DNA of 64,000 nucleotides from an uncultured Candidatus Rokubacteria bacterium (GTDB lineage: Bacteria > Methylomirabilota > Methylomirabilia > Rokubacteriales > CSP1-6): the NCBI GenBank assembly GCA_963762145.1, contig CAVXJS010000021.1:832001-896000 (forward strand), in the 5' to 3' direction. Below the pieces are notes generated by a model. It was not told the DNA's origin. It was given only the letters and a program-made list of their open reading frames with translations, and made no database searches. Both the position numbers and the translations under genes were made by a program. Positions 57,122 to 64,000 of this stretch are shown piece by piece. Within the stretch, counting starts at the first letter, position 1; every line of letters starts with the position of its first letter.

Positions 57122-57915
57122 TACGAGGAGCGCTTCCCTGACGCGCCGGGCCGGGAGCGGCTGATCTTCTTTCCGCCGGACGCGCTTCGGCGCGAGCCTT
57201 CCTCCAGGTCTTCTCCCGCGACCCCTTCGCCCTCCACCTCCGGGCGGCCTTGCCCAGCCGCCAGCCAGCTTCGCACCTTTTCCAGGTGCTCCTGTTCCGT
57301 GAGCAACGCTTCTTCACACCGCTGGGCCACTTCCTCGTGCCCCGCTAGACGCGCCAACCCCGTGAGTGTCTCCCAACACTCGTTGTCGGCCAGCTCCGCC
57401 ATCAGGATAGCTTCGAGCGACTGGAGGAGGGTTGTCCGGGGGTCCACGAGCACCTGACCGACGCCGTGCGATGCCGTCAGCTGCACGTTGGCCGCCGGCG
57501 TGAGCTCGGTCGGATCCGCCCCCAGGGATTTCACCAGTTCGACAAGCAAGCGGAAGTGCTGCAGCTCCTCGCTCAGGATTAGGGTAATGTCGTCCCGCGA
57601 GGGCCCCCCCTCAAACGAGCCATAGGCGTCATGCTTCGATAGCAGGGCTTCGTAGAGCCGGGTCCCAGTTCGTTCGAAGGCGAGCCGCTCTCCAAGCTTG
57701 TCCAGCAACAGGGACGTCTCCTCGATCAGACGGAGTCGGTCGGGCTCCTCGTCGGCACCCTCCCGCGCATACTGAACGCGTACAGCGGCAACGGCCAGCG
57801 CATTGCCCTCTGACGTGGGGGGAAACTCCTCGACCGCAGTGATCATCTGGGCGGCGCGATCTGGGGCCGCGGCGACCCCCGTTCGGTTCGCCGGGCTCGT
57901 CCGATTAGCGGGCAT
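57121..57915 (-). CDS. ferritin-like domain protein
   Basis: DKLGERLAFERTGTRLYEA, EELQH, AELADNECWE, EQEH (ExxH di-metal motifs); AAGGAG RBS. Confidence 0.85.
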   Translation of the reverse strand: MPANRTSPANRTGVAAAPDRAAQMITAVEEFPPTSEGNALAVAAVRVQYAREGADEEPDRLRLIEETSLLLDKLGERLAFERTGTRLYEALLSKHDAYGSFEGGPSRDDITLILSEELQHFRLLVELVKSLGADPTELTPAANVQLTASHGVGQVLVDPRTTLLQSLEAILMAELADNECWETLTGLARLAGHEEVAQRCEEALLTEQEHLEKVRSWLAAGQGRPEVEGEGVAGEDLEEGSRRSASGGKKISRSRPGASGKRSS

Positions 57916-59122
57916 CTTTGGCTCCTTTGCGGCCGGCATGAGCGCCGGCGGGCTGTCCATCGTCCGTCATAGTGGCGAGTTCGGTTCCTGGCATCCAGAC
58001 ATAGCCCCCCGCGACCGTGTCGGACGGGGACCCCTTCGCGTTCAGTTGGTCTCGATAGGCGCGGGTGGCGGAGCTCTCCTTGCTTCTCTCTACGTAGTCG
58101 GACCCCACTGCGCTGAGGTTGACCTCGGCTCGCAGTACGTCGCGGACAAATTCTCGGTGGCTCTCGTATCGGATGGGCTCGGGAAGCGATGCCGGCAGGA
58201 TCTCGGCGGCGTCACGTCCCTCGTGTTCTTGAAAGAGATCCGCCACGAACCGAAGCTGACCGAGTTCGTAGTCAAGGAACCGTTCCCAAATCCTCTTGAT
58301 CCGGGGATTGGTCTCGAACTCGACGCAGCTCCAGTAGTTATAGACTTCGCCCGCTTCGTGTAGCAGCCACTTTTCGAGCCACGTTTCATTTGGATCGATG
58401 ATGCTTTCGTACTGAGTGACATGCTGTTCCTCGATCGAGGCAATCTCCGCATAGAGCTGGCGGGCGATCGGGTCGGCGAACATCGGGCCGATGGTCATGT
58501 AGTAGTCGTGGGTCTGATGCTCGCCGGCCATGATGGTGAGCGCGTTGAGCTTGGTGATCGCCTCCGCGCTCTGACGGTTGTACGGGCGCCGGAGGTCATC
58601 CAGCGGGTGTCGATGCTCCCGCTCGGTCGGCCGCCCGGGGACGATATCGGAGTAGCTCTGGACCAGCGCGTTAGCGTCCTTGCCTTCGATGCGATCCATC
58701 AGAGCCGAGTACCGGTAGAGGTGGTCGAAATCCTCGAGTAGGCCGAAGCGATACGTCTGCGCCAGATACGGATCCGGCTCGGCCTGGGCCACGCTGGCCG
58801 TGACCTCAATGGCGACCTGCTCGAAGCCAATCGTGGTTTCGAGAGGCGTCTGGTCGGGCGGATTGAGCCAGTTCACCAGGGTTTGCTGGTGCTGCTCGAT
58901 GCGTCGGATCTGGGCCAACGGCGCCTGAAGGGCTGCGTTCATTCGGGCGCAGGCATGCGAGAATCGGACGGCTTCCGACTCGATCCCGTTCATCAGGATG
59001 ACTCGCACCCGGGTGAACGCGTCGTCAGTCACTTTGCAGTAGGGCGCTTGAACCAGGTCCTTCCAGGTGAACACCTGCTTGTCCACCGGAACTCCTTTAT
59101 CCTTGAGAAGTTTCAAAGCCAT
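57905..59122 (-). CDS. conserved hypothetical ferritin-like (multi-ExxH) protein
   Basis: MNGIESE, IEQHQQ, FEQVA, EDFDH, GEHQTHDYY, IEEQHVTQY, ELGQL. Confidence 0.82.
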   Translation of the reverse strand: MALKLLKDKGVPVDKQVFTWKDLVQAPYCKVTDDAFTRVRVILMNGIESEAVRFSHACARMNAALQAPLAQIRRIEQHQQTLVNWLNPPDQTPLETTIGFEQVAIEVTASVAQAEPDPYLAQTYRFGLLEDFDHLYRYSALMDRIEGKDANALVQSYSDIVPGRPTEREHRHPLDDLRRPYNRQSAEAITKLNALTIMAGEHQTHDYYMTIGPMFADPIARQLYAEIASIEEQHVTQYESIIDPNETWLEKWLLHEAGEVYNYWSCVEFETNPRIKRIWERFLDYELGQLRFVADLFQEHEGRDAAEILPASLPEPIRYESHREFVRDVLRAEVNLSAVGSDYVERSKESSATRAYRDQLNAKGSPSDTVAGGYVWMPGTELATMTDDGQPAGAHAGRKGAKDAR

Positions 59123-59197
59123 ACGAGTCCTCCGAAGTCGCTCAAAGCGACTAACGTTTCTGGTTAGGTCGGATCAGGGATGCTGCCTACGACCCCT

Positions 59198-59347
59198 TCA
59201 AGTCGGGCGGCTACGATTCCTCATGGCCCTTAACGACTCTCGCAGGCGCCGGCGGCGGTCCGCGATGCTCGGTCGGCCCAACCCGCGCACGATGAACCAT
59301 CCGGCGAAGAAGCCAGCTAGGATCCAGAGAAAAGTCAGGTCGAGCAT
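59198..59347 (-). CDS. small single-TM protein (49 aa)
   Basis: AAGGGGAG RBS; MLDLTFLWILAGFFAGWFIVRG plus basic tail. Confidence 0.5.
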   Translation of the reverse strand: MLDLTFLWILAGFFAGWFIVRGLGRPSIADRRRRLRESLRAMRNRSRPT

Positions 59348-59402
59348 TACTCCCCTTCCGCGCAGCACCGCCAGGAGATCCGGCGATGTTACCCACCTGC
59401 AA

Positions 59403-59418
59403 AGCAAACGGTGTGCCG
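59403..59418 (-). promoter_or_regulatory. sigma54 promoter
   Basis: Minus strand CGGCACACCGTTTGCT. Confidence 0.78.
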
Positions 59419-59798
59419 GGAGAAACGGGGTGGCCGCCGCTGCTTCGGTTGGGCTGGAGGAAGAGCGGCTATCGAGAGGTAACGGCGCCAGAGACGTGCT
59501 TGTAGCGACCGGAGAGACGAACGGCACAAAAGCCGCGGTAATACTCGCCAACCAATGCGGGCAACCTATCGCAACAAGAACGCCGAGCCCGCCGCATAGA
59601 GACGACAGCAACAGCGAGCCTCGGCGCGCGCACTCTACCGTCGTCGGGTGAGCTCTAGGCAACATACAGTACGTGTGACAGTAAGTGTGACTCAGCAAAT
59701 CCTTGCACTAGCGAATCTCCTACCGGCGCCGGTGGCGGCGCGGGCCAGTGCCCGGCGCCGCTTCGGGCTTCCTTTACAGCTTCCAAGGGGTTAGCTCT

Positions 59799-60107
59799 TC
59801 ACTTCCCCGACGTCAACCGACCCAGCGCGCGACAATGACGTGTCCCCGTCGGACCTGTTCGGCCGGTCGGTCGCGAGCGCCCCGACCCGCTCGAGCGGAC
59901 CTTTTCCCGTGCGCTTCCGAGCCGCGAAGAGAGTTGCTCCTTCGCTTGGTCGAGCAGGACCTCGGACGTGCTTTGGACCGTCCGGAGCAGCCCCTCGACC
60001 TTCTCTCTGGCTGGTTCGGAGTTGCCTTTCGCGTACTCACGGAGTGAATCCCGATATTTCCACACCACGAGCCCGGCAATTGCCGCTACCAAGAGTCGTC
60101 CCAGCAT
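59799..60107 (-). CDS. YtxH-like membrane-anchored protein, paralogue of 5053
   Basis: MLGRLLVAAIAGLVVWKYRD..TVQSTSEVLLDQAKEQLSS; AGGAG RBS. Confidence 0.7.
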   Translation of the reverse strand: MLGRLLVAAIAGLVVWKYRDSLREYAKGNSEPAREKVEGLLRTVQSTSEVLLDQAKEQLSSRLGSAREKVRSSGSGRSRPTGRTGPTGTRHCRALGRLTSGK

Positions 60108-60182
60108 GTCTGTTCTCCTAAAGTTATGAGGTTCACTCCTCCCACCGCATTCGTGCGTGCCTAAGCAGAAGGGGACGCCGGA

Positions 60183-60416
60183 CTACTTCGTCCCCTTAGC
60201 GGTGGGTGGCTCGCACGGATGGCCGGCGGCATTCAAACCGCCCGGACCGCCCGGGCACGGCTCGGTCCGTCCAGGGACAGCGGGATGGACCGGGGGCGTA
60301 GCCGTGGCTGGTGACTCGGTTCGCGGTGCCCGCTCCCCAGCAGTGTCCGACCGCTCGCAACCCAAGGCGACCAGAGACAAGCTAGCCAACCCGACCACAA
60401 GGCCTACTCGTATCAT
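60183..60416 (-). CDS. small lipoprotein
   Basis: ALGC lipobox; GGGGAG RBS. Confidence 0.6.
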   Translation of the reverse strand: MIRVGLVVGLASLSLVALGCERSDTAGERAPRTESPATATPPVHPAVPGRTEPCPGGPGGLNAAGHPCEPPTAKGTK

Positions 60417-60454
60417 CAACTGTCTCCCCTCTAGCTTTATAGGTCGCAATAGGG

Positions 60455-60470
60455 AGCATACGGCGTGCCG
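60455..60470 (-). promoter_or_regulatory. sigma54 promoter
   Basis: Minus strand CGGCACGCCGTATGCT. Confidence 0.72.
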
Positions 60471-60755
60471 TACCGCGCTACGTGCCCCCGTGTCTCAGTA
60501 AGATCGAACTGACGCCAAAGACGCGTAGAATGTCCGAACATCAGCCGGCCTGTGGAGTCAGCGGGGCCAACTGCGGATAGATGGCTTACGCGTTTGCAGA
60601 GTGATCCTTACCGGCTCGGGCGATTCGGATCCCCCGCAAAGGGACTAGCCGCGGGTGATTCGATCAGGCACGCTAGGGTGGCATACGCGAGCGGTTGGCG
60701 ACGGCCTAAGGGCACGATTCAGCTCCCAGCTTGATCCAGCTCCAGCTTAAGGACA

Positions 60756-61826
60756 TTGATGAAAGCGCCAAGAAGCGCGGCCCACCTTCAGCAGCAACTC
60801 TCGGAGCTCACAGCCTCGGGTGTCCTGACTGAAAGCGGCTTGGACGGGCGTTTGAGCTGTACGGCCTGCGCGCATCGGTGCGCGCTCCCGGATGGAGGCG
60901 CGGGCTTGTGTCGAGTTCGTCGGCGTGAGGGGTCCGAGCTACGAGTGCCGTTTGGTTATGTCGCGGCCTGGCGTGTCATGCCCGTGGAGCGCAACACCAT
61001 CTACCACTTGAAACCAGGCAGCCTCGGCCTGACCTTCGGGATGTTCGGGTGCGACCTGCGCTGTCCGTGGTGCAGTAACGCTGACATTTCCCAAGCGTTG
61101 CGGTCCGATGATCTCGTTCCGCCTCGCGTCGAGCGAATATCCGCGCCGGAGCTGGTCAGCCGGGCGCGGGCCGCAGGGTGCCGGATAGTCGTCAGTGCCT
61201 TCAACGAGCCCATGATCACCGCGGAATGGGCGTATGCCGTATTCTCCGAAGCTCGGCATCACGGGCTGGCGACCGCGGTGGTCTCGGACGGAAATACCAC
61301 TCCCGAGGCGCTGGCCTTCCTCCGCCCGGTCACCGATGTCTTCCGTCTCGACATTAAGGCGACGGAGGCGGCCCATTACCGCCTGGTTGGCGCAGTCCCC
61401 GACGCTCCATTGGCGGCCCTGCGCGAGGCGCGTCGGCTAGGATATTGGGTCGAGGCCGTTACCATGGTTGTACCGGGCGTGAATGACGGCCTCGAAGGTC
61501 TCGCGAAGCTGGCGGCCGACCTGGCTGCCATCGACCGAGATCTCCCGTGGCATTTGAACGGCTTCGTTCCCCGCTACCAGATGAAGGACCGGCCAGCTCT
61601 CTCAACGCGGGTCCTCGTAGCCGCCGCCCACCTCGCCTATGCGACCGGCCTCAGGTATGTCTACGTCGGAAACGTTGCGGATCGGCTCGTTGAGTTGTCT
61701 CACACGCGGTGTCCGGAGTGCCATCTGGAAGTCGTGCAGCGGGCGAACTACGCGACGAGAAGGATGACGCTTCGCAAAGGCCGATGCCCCCGCTGCGCCA
61801 CCGTGATACCCGGCCGGTGGGCGTGA
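60756..61826 (+). CDS. AmmeMemoRadiSam-type radical SAM enzyme (AmrS-like)
   Basis: CTACAHRC, GLCRVR, GCDLRCPWCSN (CxxxCxxC), FNEP, YVYVGNV, CPEC..CPRC. Confidence 0.88.
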   Translation: MMKAPRSAAHLQQQLSELTASGVLTESGLDGRLSCTACAHRCALPDGGAGLCRVRRREGSELRVPFGYVAAWRVMPVERNTIYHLKPGSLGLTFGMFGCDLRCPWCSNADISQALRSDDLVPPRVERISAPELVSRARAAGCRIVVSAFNEPMITAEWAYAVFSEARHHGLATAVVSDGNTTPEALAFLRPVTDVFRLDIKATEAAHYRLVGAVPDAPLAALREARRLGYWVEAVTMVVPGVNDGLEGLAKLAADLAAIDRDLPWHLNGFVPRYQMKDRPALSTRVLVAAAHLAYATGLRYVYVGNVADRLVELSHTRCPECHLEVVQRANYATRRMTLRKGRCPRCATVIPGRWA

Positions 61827-62148
61827 GCTTTGCTAGGCCAGCCAGATCACAGCCGCCGGAGAAAGCCCAACACGTCCGCCTAGTCGCGCGCGCCGAGCGC
61901 GGTCAGCTCGAGGGCGATGCGCCGGACGGCGCGGCCGGGCCCGCCCGCGGTGAGGCCGGCAAAGAGCAGGAACGAGCGCCGGTTGACGTCGTAGACCTGC
62001 CCCACGTCGAAGGCGGGCGTTTCCGAGCGCTCAACAGCAAGGGCTGTGAGTGGTATGCGCTGCTGCTAACCGGAGAGGTCACCCGGCTCGGGGCACGTGG
62101 CGGAGATGGGCCCTGCCGCAGGGGTCGGTAGCGCCCCACTCCGTACAC

Positions 62149-62164
62149 CGGCACGCTCTTTGCG
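62149..62164 (+). promoter_or_regulatory. sigma54 promoter
   Basis: CGGCACGCTCTTTGCG. Confidence 0.75.
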
Positions 62165-62194
62165 ATTTTGCGGGATGCAAGGAGGTTAGGCGCT

Positions 62195-62569
62195 ATGGCG
62201 GCGGATTCACGGGGGCGCAGAAATACCGGACTGAGGAGGTTCTGGCAGAACTACAACCTGAGCATCATCCTTTCCGCGCTCTTTTTCATTTCATGGGTTC
62301 TTCAGACCTGGGCGGGGTGGGTGAAATTCTCCGCCAACCAGGAGGAGCATCAGCAGGTCGCAGAGCTCTTCGGTCGCTCCGGCTATATCTTCGAGTGGCT
62401 GGCGGCCACCATGGAAAATTGGCAATCCGAGTTCCTCCAGCTCCTGACGTTTGTCGTGCTGACGGCCTCGTTCATCCATAAGGGCAGCCACGAGTCCAAG
62501 GACAGTGATGAAGAGCTGAAGGCGATGATCCGGCGCATCGAAGAACGGCTGGCCAAGATCAAATCATGA
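62195..62569 (+). CDS. DUF6766-family membrane protein
   Basis: AAGGAGG RBS; ATMENWQSEFLQL, HKGSHESKD. Confidence 0.85.
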   Translation: MAADSRGRRNTGLRRFWQNYNLSIILSALFFISWVLQTWAGWVKFSANQEEHQQVAELFGRSGYIFEWLAATMENWQSEFLQLLTFVVLTASFIHKGSHESKDSDEELKAMIRRIEERLAKIKS

Positions 62570-62612
62570 ATCACGGCGGGAATTACCGGGTTGCGGTTAC
62601 CGGGAGGAAAGC

Positions 62613-63330
62613 GTGCGGTCTACCGTAACGCTGGATCCTGGGCCGGCGCTTGGCCGGCTACCGTATATCCCGGACCGGCCGGCGCCTGTCCGGCTGCCGG
62701 TAATGTTCCAGAACTGGTACCGTATATCGTTTCTGCACTGGCCCTGCGATCCCTCGCTGCTTCAGACGCGCCTGCCGGTCGGCTTGGCGATTGATACTCC
62801 AGCAGACGGCCTGGGTTGGCCTCACGCCGTTCCATCTTATGGGCCTGCGGCCGCCCTTCCTGCCGGCAATCTCGTGTGTGTCAGATCTTCCTAAGATGAA
62901 CCTCCGGATCCATGTGCGGGGGCCGTCCGGCCCCGGCATCTGGTTTTTTTCCCTCGATGCCGCGGCCGTGACGGCGGTGCTGGGGGCGCGCTTGACCTAT
63001 GGCCTGCCGTACTACCTGACCTATGGCCTGCCGTACCACTGGTCGCGCATGACGGTCCGCGCCACCGGAAGACGCCGGATACATCACACGAGTGCCAGGA
63101 CTGGAGCGGCGGCGAACATCACGGTTGACGCGGCGAAGCCCTCGCCGAGCCGGACGATCTCACGGTGTTCCTGACCGAGCGCTACCGGCTCTATACCAGC
63201 TTCCGGGGCCGGCTTGCGACGGCGCCAGTCGAGTATGAGCCGGGGCCCTTGCACCGTGCCGCCGTCGTCCGCTTCGAGTCAGCATTCACTGCCCTTACTG
63301 TGTGGTCAGGGCTCGCCATCATTTGAGGGC
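62613..63330 (+). pseudogene. YqjF/DUF2071 family pseudogene
   Basis: MFQNW..FLHW / AWVGLTPF..PGIWFFSLDA..LTYGLPY (duplicated) / FLTERYRLY in shifting frames. Confidence 0.8.
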
Positions 63331-63369
63331 TGACGGCCAGATCTCCCAAAGTGCGGTGGGTGTCACTAA

Positions 63370-63535
63370 CATTCTCGATCTCGCCTGACCGGACGACGAA
63401 GAACTTGAAGTCGCGCTCTCCGACCCGGATGAGGGTCTGCCCGGCCCCGTATTGCTTGAGGGACGCCCCGGCGCAATGCCCCAGCGCGGCCATCTGGGCC
63501 TCGTCGAGCTTCGCGGCCGCAAACATCGAGTCCAT
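63370..63535 (-). pseudogene. N-terminal cNMP-binding fragment (thioredoxin reductase-fusion-like)
   Basis: KLDEAQMAAL..GQTLIRVGERDFKFFVVRSGEIE then abrupt loss of similarity. Confidence 0.6.
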
Positions 63536-63737
63536 CGTGTCGTCCCTATGGGTAGGCGGATTGCATTCCGAATGCCAAGATCATCAGAACCTCGGGTCCT
63601 CGGGTCAGCGACCCCGGCGCGAAACCACCAGCGTCACCTCAGATCGAGGGTCGCTCCTTTTGGTTCCATTCCGTTTCCAACACACGTCGACCGAGGAGGC
63701 TACAGGATGACGCGGGTCACGGCTGTTTGGTCTGATT

Positions 63738-63815
63738 GCCGGGGGTTACGTCGTGCTGCGTACTGTCGGGGGGCGCCTGATGTTGCTCAGTTGCTCTGCC
63801 ACTGAGCTACCCGGC
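63738..63815 (-). pseudogene. degenerate tRNA-Thr-like sequence
   Basis: Minus strand GCCGGG-TA-GCTC-AGTGGCA-GAGC-A-ACTGA-GCAACA-TCAGG...CCCCGGC-A; no T-loop GTTC and no valid 7-nt anticodon loop. Confidence 0.6.
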
Positions 63816-64000
63816 GTTCGTCCGTAGACTCTACCACTTCCTGCGCGTCCTGTCCTCGCTGTCCCACCTCTGGCACCCGTCACAGACGGTGGGTGCCGGC
63901 GGCTGGAACGTGAGACGATCGAACAGGTGCTCAGGGTGCCGGAAATCCGCTCAATCAGTGCCGTAACTTTTGCCACCCGCAACATGGGGCGAGCGGTCCG
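63804..64000. repeat. ~200-bp direct repeat, copy B (runs off window; includes the start of a second VOC gene at ~63936)
   Basis: Matches 53663-53858. Confidence 0.92.

Noticed and set aside
57121-59122. Ferritin-like proteins as encapsulin cargo
   Set aside because: No LxVGSL-like targeting peptide and no encapsulin gene in the window.
60147-60162. Minus-strand GGCACGCACGAATGC sigma54-like motif
   Set aside because: Spacing is 11 nt.

Overview
GC-rich bacterial chromosome segment. Its gene content and intergenic repeats suggest a soil lineage such as Candidatus Rokubacteria/Methylomirabilota; this is inference, not verified. Positions 1-50.6 kb are gene-dense and metabolic: a ThDP enzyme divergent from an SSADH-type dehydrogenase, a sigma54-preceded cluster of small stress proteins (BON, DUF6496, DUF3309), cardiolipin synthase, three carbohydrate-type ABC modules without an ATPase, many catabolic oxidoreductases and hydrolases, and three orphan solute-binding proteins. 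The most notable hidden feature is a probable selenoprotein at 40784-41527, missed by the ORF track: a glutaredoxin domain with a UGA-encoded U-S-S-C motif and a SECIS-like hairpin, fused to a DinB-like domain. From about 50.65 kb the sequence looks accessory. It holds a truncated molybdo-hydroxylase gene facing an intact inverted paralogue, then a ~10 kb segment bracketed by a ~200 bp direct repeat containing tRNA-Thr-like remnants. That segment carries sigma54-preceded stress genes (two ferritin-like proteins, desaturase, GlsB, holin-like, DUF6766), an orphan AmrS radical SAM enzyme and pseudogenes. Several single-base frameshifts in otherwise intact genes may be assembly errors. No CRISPR array, rRNA, intact tRNA, integrase or transposase was seen. 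All family assignments are from motif recognition by eye; no database search was run.
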